Origin: an uncultured Candidatus Saccharibacteria bacterium
GTDB lineage: Bacteria > Patescibacteriota > Minisyncoccia > Phycocordibacterales > UBA9973
NCBI GenBank assembly: GCA_964348725.1
Contig: CAYGDG010000001.1
Span: forward strand, 65,898-129,897
Reading direction: 5' to 3'
Length of the DNA: 64,000 nt
Numbering within the stretch: position 1 is the first letter of the stretch; the number at the start of each line of letters is the position of its first letter. This document shows positions 1 through 9,119 of this stretch, one piece after another. The translations under genes were made by a program, and so were the position numbers. The notes beneath the pieces are model-generated. The model had not been told where the DNA came from. It ran no database searches and worked only from the letters and a program-made list of their open reading frames with translations.

Positions 1-185
1 CTTTTTCTACAGAGGCAGCCGCGTCGGCAAAATCGCTCACATAGCCGTGGCGGAAGCCGCGCGCTTCGCATTCGCCGATGCCGATGATCTTAGGATTTTT
101 TTCTCCCTTTAAGAATTCTCCCACCACGACGCGCGTCGTCTGAGAGCCCGCGTCTATCCCGATTGAAATATTTCGTATCATATTT
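1..185 (-). CDS. ftsA: Cell division protein FtsA, N-terminal fragment running off the window
   Basis: Minus-strand translation from the ATG at 183-185 gives MIRNISIGIDAGSQTTRVVVGEFLKGEKNPKIIGIGECEARGFRHGYVSDFADAAASVEK. This has the actin-like phosphate-1 motif and FtsA-like N-terminal layout. It is absent from the ORF track because it is truncated by the window edge. Confidence 0.55.
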
Positions 186-542
186 TTGTTCAGCTTTCTC
201 CATTATAGCGCTATGTTCCATTCCTTTCAAATGAAGCATTCCGTGGATAACTAAAAAGCCCAAAAATTCTTTGAAATTTTTATCAAAATTTGGCGCTTCT
301 CTTTTGACGACGGCCGGGCAGAGGATGAGCTCACCTGATTTTTTGGATAGTGGGAAAGAGAGTACATTCGTGGATTTGTCCTTGCCGCGATAGGTGCGGT
401 TCAGCTCGCGGGATTTTGCTTCGCCCACGAAGGCGACGGACAGCTCATATGCCTTGCCGAGGATATCGTCCTTGAGCTCAGCAAAAGGCAAGCGGGGAAG
501 CTTGCCTTTTGTGGTATTCAGTATGGAAACTTTTTCGGTCAT
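90..542 (-). CDS. ybeY: Endoribonuclease YbeY (rRNA maturation factor)
   Basis: 150 aa with the HGMLHLKGMEH zinc-binding motif (HGxLHLxGxxH), typical of YbeY. Confidence 0.8.
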   Translation of the reverse strand: MTEKVSILNTTKGKLPRLPFAELKDDILGKAYELSVAFVGEAKSRELNRTYRGKDKSTNVLSFPLSKKSGELILCPAVVKREAPNFDKNFKEFLGFLVIHGMLHLKGMEHSAIMEKAEQKYDTKYFNRDRRGLSDDARRGGRILKGRKKS

Positions 543-545
543 TAT

Positions 546-791
546 TTAGCGAGATGGGCGTCCGGAAGAAATCTTGCCGAGTTTTTTGAGCTTTTCGATT
601 TCCTTGCGGCGAGCCATTCTCTTGAGTGCTCCTGCCTTTACCTTCAGTTTGCTTTCCTTGCGCTCGTTGTAGCGTGCGCCCTTTACCTTGTGGATGATAC
701 CGGACTCCTGGATGCGGCGGGAAAAACGGCGCAATACGCTTGCGTTGTTCTCGTTCGGGTTCTTCTTTACTTCTACTACTGTTTTTGCCAT
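546..791 (-). CDS. rpsU: 30S ribosomal protein S21
   Basis: 81-aa highly basic protein. VLRRFSRRIQESGIIHKVKGARYNERKESKLKVK matches the S21 pattern. Confidence 0.75.
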   Translation of the reverse strand: MAKTVVEVKKNPNENNASVLRRFSRRIQESGIIHKVKGARYNERKESKLKVKAGALKRMARRKEIEKLKKLGKISSGRPSR

Positions 792-871
792 ATGACATAT
801 AGACTATCATATAAAAAAAATATTGCAATACCGCTTTGACTTTCGCATTCAAAAAAGCTACTATAGACGCA

Positions 872-1339
872 ATGAATAAAGAAGCCGATTACATAACAGA
901 AGAGAAGCGCAAGGAGCTGGAAGCCGAGCTCGTTGATTTGAAGGGGCCAAAAAGGAAAATAATTTTGGACAGTTTGGAATATGCGAAGTCGCTCGGCGAC
1001 CTGTCTGAAAATGCGGAATACCACCAAGCTCGCGAAGAACAAGGCAAGCTGGAAGAGCGCATTCAGAAAGTGGAAGGCATATTGCAGTCTTCACAAGTCG
1101 TGAGCGGCGGCGGCGGAGATGTCATCGAGATCGGTTCGAAAGTCATCGTGCAGAAAGAAGGCAGCAAGGATGAAAAGACATATATGATAGTAGGCAGCGA
1201 AGAAGCGGATATGGCTGCAGGTAAGATCTCGAATCACTCGCCGATCGGCGAAGCGCTTTTCGGCAAGAAGAAAGGCGACACCGTTTCCTTCAATACTCCG
1301 AACGGTAAGGTGAATTACAAAATAATCAAAGTTTCTTAA
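872..1339 (+). CDS. greA: Transcription elongation factor GreA
   Basis: N-terminal coiled coil (ITEEKRKELEAELVDL) and C-terminal FKBP-like domain with SPIGEALFGKKKGD. The start is moved to the internal ATG at 872, which sits 7 nt after a TACTAT -10 box. Confidence 0.85.
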   Translation: MNKEADYITEEKRKELEAELVDLKGPKRKIILDSLEYAKSLGDLSENAEYHQAREEQGKLEERIQKVEGILQSSQVVSGGGGDVIEIGSKVIVQKEGSKDEKTYMIVGSEEADMAAGKISNHSPIGEALFGKKKGDTVSFNTPNGKVNYKIIKVS

Positions 1340-1341
1340 TA

Positions 1342-2802
1342 ATGTCTTCAATAGAAGAAATCAGGGACGCTCGTCTTAAAAAACTGGAACTCCTCAAAGA
1401 GAAAGGCATAAATCCGTACCCGGCGGAATCTTTGCGCGAGTTATCGCTCGCCGAAGCGATAGAGAAATTCGAAGTGCTTGAAAAGAGCGCCGAAGAAAAA
1501 TGGGTTTCCGGCCGTGTGATGTCTATCCGCGGACAGGGAGCGATTATCTTTCTCACGCTGTATGACGGCACGGCCTCTTTTCAAGCGCTTCTTAAAAAAG
1601 ATTCGATGGGGGATGAAAAATTTGATCTGTTCGCGAATGTTGCCGATATGGGTGACTTCGTGGAAGTGCGTGGCTTTTTCTTTACTACCAAGCGCGGCGA
1701 AAAAACCGTCGAAGCCAAAGATTGGCGGATGCTCACGAAGACGCTCCAGCCTTTGCCGGAAAAGTGGCACGGCCTGCAGGACATAGAAGAGCGCTTCCGC
1801 AAGCGCTATTTGGACATATTGATGGACCCGGAAATAAAAGACCTCTTTGAAAAAAAGACAAAATTCTGGGAGACGGCGCGCAATTTCATGAAAGAGCGCG
1901 GATTTTTGGAAGTGGAGACGCCTTCCTTAGAAGTTACCACCGGCGGTGCTGAAGCGACACCTTTTAAAACATACAATGAATCATTCAACTTGCCGCTCTA
2001 TATGCGCATCTCTATTGGCGAGCTGTGGCAGAAGCGCCTCATGGCTGCCGGCTTTCCAAAGACATTTGAAATCGGCCGCGCATACAGGAATGAAGGCACG
2101 GACATGAACCATATCAATGAATTCACCAACCTTGAATTCTACTGGGCATATGCGAATTACAAAGACGGTATGGAACTCGTAGAAGCTTTGTATAAAAAAA
2201 TAGCGCTTGATGTATTCGGCAAGACCGAATTTGAAACTCGCGGACACAAGTTTGATTTGGGCGGGAAGTGGGAGCGCATCGATTATCGCGAACATGTGAA
2301 GAAAGAAACTGGTATCGATGTGCTCGACACCACATATGAAGAAGTAAAAAAGAAATTGGAACAGCTCGAAGTGAAATATGACGGAGATACCATGGAGCGC
2401 ATGATAGACACGCTCTGGAAATACTGCCGCCGGAAAATTTCCGGTCCGGTATTTTTGATCGGGCATCCGAAGCTCGTCTCTCCGCTGTCAAAATCAATGC
2501 CGGGAAATTCTGAACTTACCGAGCGCTTTCAGATAATTCTCGCTGGCTCGGAAGTGGGTAACGGCTTCTCAGAATTGAACGATCCGATAGACCAGGCAAA
2601 ACGGTTTGAAGTCCAGCAAGAGCTCACCAAAGCGGGGGACAAGGAAGCCATGATGCCTGATATGGAATTCGTGGAAATGCTGGAGCACGGCATGCCGCCC
2701 ACCTGCGGCTTTGGTTTCGGTGAAATGCTTTTTGCCTTCCTTGCCGACAAGCCTATCCGCGAAACGCAGCTCTTCCCGCTTATGCGGCCGAAACAGGAAT
2801 AA
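1342..2802 (+). CDS. lysS: Lysyl-tRNA synthetase, class II
   Basis: 486 aa. N-terminal OB anticodon-binding region and class II core motifs (FEIGRAYRNEG, GFGFGEMLFAFL). Confidence 0.95.
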   Translation: MSSIEEIRDARLKKLELLKEKGINPYPAESLRELSLAEAIEKFEVLEKSAEEKWVSGRVMSIRGQGAIIFLTLYDGTASFQALLKKDSMGDEKFDLFANVADMGDFVEVRGFFFTTKRGEKTVEAKDWRMLTKTLQPLPEKWHGLQDIEERFRKRYLDILMDPEIKDLFEKKTKFWETARNFMKERGFLEVETPSLEVTTGGAEATPFKTYNESFNLPLYMRISIGELWQKRLMAAGFPKTFEIGRAYRNEGTDMNHINEFTNLEFYWAYANYKDGMELVEALYKKIALDVFGKTEFETRGHKFDLGGKWERIDYREHVKKETGIDVLDTTYEEVKKKLEQLEVKYDGDTMERMIDTLWKYCRRKISGPVFLIGHPKLVSPLSKSMPGNSELTERFQIILAGSEVGNGFSELNDPIDQAKRFEVQQELTKAGDKEAMMPDMEFVEMLEHGMPPTCGFGFGEMLFAFLADKPIRETQLFPLMRPKQE

Positions 2803-2820
2803 AATTTTGCAAATAAAAAA

Positions 2821-2846
2821 CCCACGCATTGTGTGTGGATTTTTGA
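2821..2846 (+). terminator. Rho-independent terminator after lysS
   Basis: Hairpin CCCACGCA-TTG-TGTGTGG followed by ATTTTTG. Confidence 0.6.
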
Positions 2847-3232
2847 GTTATAAAAATTCTTTTCACGTCTAGGTCAACACAAGTGTCGTGTCGCAGCTTT
2901 TTGCGCTGAACGAGCCTGCTTCCTCCTTGATTCGTCATTTTTTGGTTTAACCTTGGCATATATACTAGATGCCAAGGCCCTGTCTTCTTTTTTAGAAGGG
3001 AAGACAATTTTAATTCCTTCCTTAACTCTCAGTTTATTTAAAAACTCAAAGTTCGTATCGGGAATTATCTGATCATTTGATTTATCCATGATGTTTAATT
3101 TTTTATGATTTAGAGGAACTTTAGCACACTTACAGAAAATGACAATAATTCGCAAGAATCGTTCTTTCCATGCATTGACTTCCGCACAGGGAAAAGTAGA
3201 ATCAAGATAAACATTTCAAAAACATATAACTT

Positions 3233-3673
3233 ATGGATATTCTTACTTTCCGCTTTCCCATACATGTATGGACGAGCTTCCGATCGACTTCTCATTCTCT
3301 GACGCTCCGCGGGTTCTGCAGCATCCTCGCGCGTAACGGCTTTCCTTTGCCCGCCTGGATACTTGACCTCTGCGCTGCGCTCTTGAATATCCCCGCGTGG
3401 ATTTTCGGACACAGGTTTCCGCTTTCCACCGATAAGGACATCGACCTTGCCGAGTGGTATGTTCGGAAGTATCTCCGAGCACAGAGGCGCAAAGAGAAGA
3501 TCGATGGACGCCTACTGACATATTTCACCGGCATCGTCGCTCGCATCAATCATGAAAACGGGCGCGAAAATTACCTGGATCTTTCGTTCTTTGGGCTTAC
3601 CGGAAATCTGAAAGAAGAAGCCGAATATGAATACCCGTTTGCGTATTCGATGTGGTGCAGAAAAAGATACTGA
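3233..3673 (+). CDS. Hypothetical protein (weak call)
   Basis: 146-aa ORF in a GC-elevated region. The N-terminal half has odd composition and no recognisable domain. It ends at a strong bidirectional terminator. Confidence 0.25.
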   Translation: MDILTFRFPIHVWTSFRSTSHSLTLRGFCSILARNGFPLPAWILDLCAALLNIPAWIFGHRFPLSTDKDIDLAEWYVRKYLRAQRRKEKIDGRLLTYFTGIVARINHENGRENYLDLSFFGLTGNLKEEAEYEYPFAYSMWCRKRY

Positions 3674-3683
3674 AGAAAATAAA

Positions 3684-3712
3684 AATCCCCGACTGAAAAG
3701 CGGGGATTTGTT
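3684..3712. terminator. Bidirectional rho-independent terminator
   Basis: AATCCCCG-ACTGAAAAG-CGGGGATT, a perfect 8-bp stem flanked by an A-run upstream and a T-run downstream. The ORFs 3233-3673 (+) and 3714-4022 (-) converge on it. Confidence 0.75.
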
Positions 3713-3713
3713 T

Positions 3714-4022
3714 TTAGGCTGAAGCTGGCACTTGTTCGAATATCGGCATCTTGTATGTGGGATATCTCTTCAAAGTCAAACCTTTCTCTTCTTCCGTGAT
3801 TGTTTCAGGACGCACAGGTTGTTTTGCTTGGATATCTTTTTCGATCTGTGCTAATTCTGCGGCATCGAAATTTTTAAATTCAATTTGACCGCCATCTTTT
3901 ATTCGAGAAAGCAAAACAGATTCTGCCTTCTTTTTTCCTTTTTTGAACAAAAAAGTCAGTACCCAATCTCTGTTGGGTTGCGAGGACATTATTGTCCCCA
4001 TTTTTTGTAGAGTTTCTCCCAT
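3714..4022 (-). CDS. Hypothetical protein
   Basis: 102-aa ORF ending at the bidirectional terminator. No recognisable domain. Confidence 0.4.
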   Translation of the reverse strand: MGETLQKMGTIMSSQPNRDWVLTFLFKKGKKKAESVLLSRIKDGGQIEFKNFDAAELAQIEKDIQAKQPVRPETITEEEKGLTLKRYPTYKMPIFEQVPASA

Positions 4023-4123
4023 TGGTTTATTTGATTAAGTACGGTTAAGATTTCTAAAGATAATATACAACATAAAAGTTTTTATTTCAAGTAGTAAAAG
4101 CTTAGTTATCCACACTAATTCTT

Positions 4124-4176
4124 TTGCACAGTGGGACAAGGTGGTTTATAATATACATTAAGTGGGAGAAAGTGGG
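4124..4176 (+). promoter_or_regulatory. mraZ promoter with four MraZ-box direct repeats
   Basis: TTGCAC (4124-4129), a 17-nt spacer, then TATAAT (4147-4152). GTGGG/GTGGT repeats lie at 4131, 4141, 4162 and 4172, spaced 10, 21 and 10 nt. This matches the MraZ operator architecture of direct GTGG repeats with 10-bp periodicity. Confidence 0.6.
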
Positions 4177-4208
4177 ATAGAGAAAAAGAAGGGTAATGTA
4201 GAAAAAAT

Positions 4209-4655
4209 ATGCTTATCGGAGAATACACGCACACCATAGACGAAAAAGGCCGCATCTCGTTGCCGGCGAAATTCCGGAAAGAGATGGGCCGGAAGGTTGT
4301 GATGACGCGCGGGCTCGATAAGTGCCTGTTCATTTTCACAAGTCGCGAGTGGGCCAAGGTCAGCGCTGAACTTTCAGCCAGGCCGTGGCTCAAGTCCGAC
4401 ACCCGCGCTTTCAATCGCCGCATCTTCGGAGGCGCGATGGAAATAGATGTGGACACCGTGGGCAGGATGCTGATTCCTGAATTCTTGAAGGCCGAATCCG
4501 GTCTGGCAGGAGCGGAAAAAGCGGTATTGGTCGGCGTCGACAATCGCGTGGAAGTTTGGAATGCAAAGTCTTGGGCTTCATATCGCGACAGTGCCGAGAA
4601 AAAGGCGGACGAGATAGCCGAAAGCCTGGGCGATAAGGGAAGAAGCGATGAATAG
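4209..4655 (+). CDS. mraZ: Transcriptional regulator MraZ
   Basis: 148 aa with tandem SpoVT/AbrB-like halves (IDEKGRISLPAKFR and DTVGRMLIPEFLK). Confidence 0.9.
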   Translation: MLIGEYTHTIDEKGRISLPAKFRKEMGRKVVMTRGLDKCLFIFTSREWAKVSAELSARPWLKSDTRAFNRRIFGGAMEIDVDTVGRMLIPEFLKAESGLAGAEKAVLVGVDNRVEVWNAKSWASYRDSAEKKADEIAESLGDKGRSDE

Positions 4656-5544
4656 CGTTCACACGACAGTTCTTTTAAATGAAACGGTAGAGGGACTCAA
4701 TCTTCGCAAAGGCGGGGTGGTGATAGACGGCACATTTGGCGGCGGAGGGCACAGCGCTCTGGCATGCGAAAAAGGCGCGAAAGTCATCGCCATAGATCAG
4801 GATGCCGGAGCATTTGAAAAGGCGAAGCATAAGTTTGCGGAAGCAGGGAAGAATTGCAAAATAACTTTCCATAATGACAACTTTCGCAACTTGGATAAAG
4901 TGCTCACAAGCGAAGGAGTAGAAAAAGTAGATGGTATTATGCTGGACCTCGGATTATCTTCCGACCAGCTCGAAAATTCCGGACGAGGATTTTCTTTTAT
5001 CAAGGATGAACCCATCCTGATGACGATGAAAGAAAATCCGCGGCCAGAAGACCTGACCGCCCGCGAGGCGCTGAACTCTTGGAGTGAAAAAAATCTCGCG
5101 GATGTGATATACGGCTACGGCGAAGAAAGATATTCGCGCCGGATAGCTAGTGCCATAGTGGACGCGCGGCAAAAAGGAGATATACAGACGACCAAAGAGC
5201 TCGTCGATATCATTTCCAAAGCTGTGCCGAGCCTGTATCGCCGAGGACGCTTGCATTTTGCCACCCGCACATTCCAAGCTCTGCGTATCGCCGTGAATGA
5301 CGAGCTTGGCGCGTTATCCGAAGGCTTGGCAAAAGGGTTCGAAGCCCTAGCGCCAAACGGCAGAATGGCTGTGATCAGCTTTCACAGCCTTGAAGATAGA
5401 GTAGTGAAGAAATTTTTCAAAGAGAAAGCGGATGAGAAGAAAGGAATTTTAATAAACAAGAAGCCGATAATCGCGGGAGAGACAGAAATGAAAGAGAATC
5501 CTCGAGCACGCAGCGCCAAACTTCGAATCATACAAAAAGCATAA
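4648..5544 (+). CDS. rsmH: 16S rRNA m4C1402 methyltransferase RsmH (MraW)
   Basis: SAM-binding region DGTFGGGGHS. It overlaps mraZ by 8 nt in the conserved dcw order. Confidence 0.95.
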   Translation: MNSVHTTVLLNETVEGLNLRKGGVVIDGTFGGGGHSALACEKGAKVIAIDQDAGAFEKAKHKFAEAGKNCKITFHNDNFRNLDKVLTSEGVEKVDGIMLDLGLSSDQLENSGRGFSFIKDEPILMTMKENPRPEDLTAREALNSWSEKNLADVIYGYGEERYSRRIASAIVDARQKGDIQTTKELVDIISKAVPSLYRRGRLHFATRTFQALRIAVNDELGALSEGLAKGFEALAPNGRMAVISFHSLEDRVVKKFFKEKADEKKGILINKKPIIAGETEMKENPRARSAKLRIIQKA

Positions 5545-5560
5545 AAATAATTTAAACAAA

Positions 5561-5911
5561 ATGAGAACAGCCATATTACAAATTAAGAGAGCGGGAAATA
5601 TGCAGATTGTGAACAATAGCGATCTGTCGCACAAGCTGCTGCGCTTTTTATTGACTTCTCTTGGAGCGTTGGCTCTCTGCTATGCGTTTCTCATCGCTAC
5701 GATGGTATTCAATATCGTCGAGCGCCGCTCTCTGGAAGCTGATGCTCGCGATCTCGGCAATGAAGTCGGCGAGCTCGAGCTCGAATATTTGGCTGCATCA
5801 AATAAAATAGACTTGAATCTCGCGGCATCCATGGGCTTTACTGAAGGCAAGAAGCAGTTCGCCACCCGCACATCACTTGGCAGCTTAAAAGTGGCTACAA
5901 ATGAATTATAG
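5561..5911 (+). CDS. ftsL: Cell division protein FtsL-like
   Basis: Small bitopic protein with one TM helix (LLTSLGALALCYAFLIATMVF) followed by a coiled coil. It sits between rsmH and ftsI. The exact start is uncertain. Confidence 0.55.
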   Translation: MRTAILQIKRAGNMQIVNNSDLSHKLLRFLLTSLGALALCYAFLIATMVFNIVERRSLEADARDLGNEVGELELEYLAASNKIDLNLAASMGFTEGKKQFATRTSLGSLKVATNEL

Positions 5912-7610
5912 TTTTCCGAACCGCACCAAGGTTCTTTCTTTTTTTATACTCCTCTTCGCCCTCACGCTCTCGGCGAAGCTTTTTTTAGTTCAGGTAGTGC
6001 ATTCGAATTCATATTCTGATCGGGCGGATAGGCAATACGCCACGCCGGCATCCGATATTTTTGAACGCGGCACCATTTATTTTACGGATAAAGTCGGCAG
6101 CTTGGTTTCCGCCGCTTCGCAGACGACCGGTTTTAAGGTGGCGCTCGATACGGCAAAGCTGAAAGATAAAGAAAATACATATAAGACATTGTCTGCTAAG
6201 ATACCGCTCAGCCGCGAGGATTTTTTTGCAAAAGCGAATAAAACAAATGACCCATATGAAGAAGTAGCGACGCATATCACTCGTATCCAAGCGGATGCCA
6301 TTTCCGCTGAAAAAATTCCGGGCGTTTCCATCTATAAAGAAAAATGGCGCTTCTATCCAGGCGGCAATTTGGCTTCGCATGCGCTCGGCTTCGTGGGTTA
6401 CAAGGGCGATGAACTCGGCGGCCGCTACGGCCTCGAGCGGCAGTATGATGCCGTGCTTTCCCGTGATGACGAAGGCGCATATGTGAACTTCTTTGCCGAA
6501 GTATTTTCGAATATAAACGATACGATTTTCAAGGGAAGCGAACGCAGCGGCGATGTCGTGACGAGCATTGAGCCCCAGGTGCAAGGCTTTCTCGAGACAA
6601 AACTTTCAGAAGTGCGCACCAAGTATACTGTGGATTCCATCGGAGGCATCATCATGGATCCGATGACGGGAGAAATTTACGCGCTCTCGGCCAAACCGGA
6701 TTATGACCCGAATAATTTTTCGAAGATAAAAAATCCTTCGATCTTTACCGATCCGCTGGTGGAAAATGTCTTTGAATTCGGTTCAGTGGTGAAGCCGCTC
6801 GTCATGGCTGCCGGCCTCGACACTGGTGCGGTGAAAGCAGACACAAAATATACTGACCGCGGCTCTGTCATCGTGGAGAAAAAAGAAATATTCAACTTCG
6901 ACAAGAAAGCGCGCGGCGTGGTGACGATGCAAGATGTCCTCAATCAGTCGCTGAACACCGGCATGGTCTATGTATACCAGCACCTTGGCAAAGAAAAGAT
7001 GCGCGACTATATGCTCTCCTACGGTATCAAAGAAAAGACAGGTATCGATCTACCGAATGAAACCAGTGGCCTCGTGGCGAACTTGAACAGCCCTCGTGAA
7101 CTGGAATACGCGAACGCTTCTTTCGGCCAAGGTATCGCACTCACGCCCATGGAGATGGTCCGCGCGCTGGCATCGCTCGCGAACGGGGGCAATCTCGTTA
7201 CACCGCATATCGTAAAAGAAATAAAATACCCAGATGGCACATCCAAGAAATTTACTTACCCGACGGCACCCACAAAGATCAGCAAGCAGACTTCCGAAGA
7301 GATCACTCGGATGCTGGTAACGGTGATGGATAAGTCGCTCAAAGGCGGCTTGGCCAAGATGGAACATTATTCCATCGGCGTGAAGACCGGTACGGCGCAA
7401 GTTGCCAAGGAAGGCGGCGGAGGATATTATGAAGATAGGCATACGCATTCATTCTTTGGCTATTTGCCCGCGTATGAGCCGCGCTTTATCGTATTCCTGT
7501 ACGCGGTGAATCCGAAGGGCGTACCGTACGCATCACAGACATGGGCCGATCCATTTCTCGATATAGCTAAATTTTTACTTAATTATTACGAAGTCCCTCC
7601 GGACCGATGA
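5901..7610 (+). CDS. ftsI: Penicillin-binding protein 2/3 transpeptidase (FtsI)
   Basis: N-terminal TM helix, SVVK (SxxK), SLN (SxN) and KTGT motifs. Confidence 0.9.
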   Translation: MNYSFPNRTKVLSFFILLFALTLSAKLFLVQVVHSNSYSDRADRQYATPASDIFERGTIYFTDKVGSLVSAASQTTGFKVALDTAKLKDKENTYKTLSAKIPLSREDFFAKANKTNDPYEEVATHITRIQADAISAEKIPGVSIYKEKWRFYPGGNLASHALGFVGYKGDELGGRYGLERQYDAVLSRDDEGAYVNFFAEVFSNINDTIFKGSERSGDVVTSIEPQVQGFLETKLSEVRTKYTVDSIGGIIMDPMTGEIYALSAKPDYDPNNFSKIKNPSIFTDPLVENVFEFGSVVKPLVMAAGLDTGAVKADTKYTDRGSVIVEKKEIFNFDKKARGVVTMQDVLNQSLNTGMVYVYQHLGKEKMRDYMLSYGIKEKTGIDLPNETSGLVANLNSPRELEYANASFGQGIALTPMEMVRALASLANGGNLVTPHIVKEIKYPDGTSKKFTYPTAPTKISKQTSEEITRMLVTVMDKSLKGGLAKMEHYSIGVKTGTAQVAKEGGGGYYEDRHTHSFFGYLPAYEPRFIVFLYAVNPKGVPYASQTWADPFLDIAKFLLNYYEVPPDR

Positions 7611-7643
7611 TGTAGCAACATCATGCCTTGGGCATAAAATAAT

Positions 7644-8948
7644 ATGAAAGAAATATTTAAAAAAACAATCACACATATATTGCGCTGGGAATCCCAGCTC
7701 GTGCTCAAGAAATACAAGCCCAAAGTAGTGGCCATTACCGGCTCGGTAGGCAAGACTTCCACCAAGGATGCCGTCTTTGCTGTGCTTTCCAAGATGGCAT
7801 ATGTCCGAAAGAGCGAAAAGAGCTACAACAGCCAGATCGGCTTGCCGCTTACTATCTTGGGCATTCCGAATGCCTGGAGTGATCCGCTCGGCTGGCTAAA
7901 AAATATCGTCATAGGGTTTTGGCTCATCGTGTGGCCGCACAAGTACCCGGAATGGCTTGTACTCGAAGTCGGCGTCGGTAAGCCGGGCGACATGAAAGAG
8001 ACCGCTTCATGGCTCAAAACGGATGCGGTGATAGAGACGGCTATCGGAGACACACCAGTGCATATAGAATTCTTTCCGTCACGCGAGCATCTCATCGAAG
8101 AAAAAGCCGGACTCATTAAAACCTTAAAAAAAGATGGCACACTTATTTTGAATGGTGATGACGGCGCCATTCTCGGAATGAAAACAAAAAGCGCAAATCG
8201 CGCCGTCACTTACGGTTTCACAGAAGGCACTGATCTTTTTGCTTCCGGCGATACTATCGAATGCGGCAGCGACGGCGAGCCTCTCGGCGCAATATTCCGC
8301 GTGGATGCCGAAGGCAAGAGCCTGCCGGTCATCATCGAAGGCGCATTCGGCAGGAATCATATCTATGCCGCCCTTGCTGCTCTGGCCTTCGCCTACGGAC
8401 AAAAACTCAATATGCTGACCGCAGCCGAGGCTCTCAAGAATTACGAAATGCCGCCGGGCCGGATGCGCTTGCTGACCAGTATCAAGGAAACGCGCATCAT
8501 CGATGATACGTACAATTCTTCTCCGTTTGCCGCGCAGGCTGCGCTTGATACTTTGCAAAGTGTAAAATCAGATGGCCGAAAAAATAGGAAGATTGCCGTT
8601 CTCGGCGACATGCTCGAGCTCGGCAAGCACACGGAAGAAGCACACCGTACTATCGGCGCATTAGCAGCGGAGAGCGCCAAAATACTCATCACCGTCGGTC
8701 CGCGTGCGCAAGGCATCAAGCAAGGCGCATTGGATGCCGGCATGGATGCGAAGAATATTTTTGATTTTGCTGACTCAGTGCAAGCAGGAGTATTCCTCAA
8801 AGACTTTATAAAAAAAGGGGACATCATCCTCATCAAAGGCTCGCAAGGCGTGCGCATGGAGCGTATTTCTGCGGCACTCTTGCAAGATCAGGAAAATCGC
8901 AAAAAATTGCTTGTCCGCCAGGAAGACGAATGGATGGCGAAAGAATAG
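7644..8948 (+). CDS. murF: UDP-MurNAc-tripeptide--D-Ala-D-Ala ligase MurF
   Basis: Mur ligase P-loop VVAITGSVGKTSTKD, MurF-like SYNSQIGLPLTIL, and central and C-terminal Mur ligase domains. Confidence 0.85.
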   Translation: MKEIFKKTITHILRWESQLVLKKYKPKVVAITGSVGKTSTKDAVFAVLSKMAYVRKSEKSYNSQIGLPLTILGIPNAWSDPLGWLKNIVIGFWLIVWPHKYPEWLVLEVGVGKPGDMKETASWLKTDAVIETAIGDTPVHIEFFPSREHLIEEKAGLIKTLKKDGTLILNGDDGAILGMKTKSANRAVTYGFTEGTDLFASGDTIECGSDGEPLGAIFRVDAEGKSLPVIIEGAFGRNHIYAALAALAFAYGQKLNMLTAAEALKNYEMPPGRMRLLTSIKETRIIDDTYNSSPFAAQAALDTLQSVKSDGRKNRKIAVLGDMLELGKHTEEAHRTIGALAAESAKILITVGPRAQGIKQGALDAGMDAKNIFDFADSVQAGVFLKDFIKKGDIILIKGSQGVRMERISAALLQDQENRKKLLVRQEDEWMAKE

Positions 8949-9119
8949 TGTATGTTGCCGATGTGATGTAATTGTATCATTTGCGCTTTCTGCCGAGGCA
9001 GTTTCGAAATGTGAGCGTTCAGCAGATAGAACTAATCTATTCGTTGCCTGGCAAGGTGGAGTATTACTCTCCTAGTATACCAGACCGATCCATCTCGTGC
9101 GTCTCTTAATTCCTCGCAA

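Noticed and set aside
478-1094. Antisense or overlapping ORFs around rpsU/greA (478-852 -, 776-1042 -, 861-1094 -)
   Set aside because: They overlap well-supported genes (S21, GreA) on the opposite strand or in other frames and have low-complexity Arg/Pro/Gln-rich translations. Treated as shadow ORFs.
2874-3155. 93-aa minus-strand ORF just downstream of the lysS terminator
   Set aside because: No homology, an unlikely N-terminus (MRIIVIFCKCAKV) and no clear promoter. Possibly a real small protein starting at the internal ATG at about 3088, but not supportable from sequence alone.
3160-3715. RNase P RNA, tmRNA or SRP RNA in the GC-rich lysS-mraZ spacer
   Set aside because: Looked for P4 (AGGAAAGTCCGGGC), the tmRNA tRNA-like 3' end, the tmRNA tag ORF, and the SRP GGAA/AGCAG motifs on both strands. 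Only a weak GGGCAAAGGAAAGCCG resemblance was found, not enough to call.
8950-9119. Searched for a direct repeat of the tRNA-Glu 3' end (GGTTCGATTCCCGGTAGGGTCACC) at the distal boundary of the Shedu-like island, and for an integrase
   Set aside because: No convincing repeat (only a weak ACCAGACCGATCC similarity) and no integrase/recombinase ORF. The island boundary is therefore defined only by composition and gene content.
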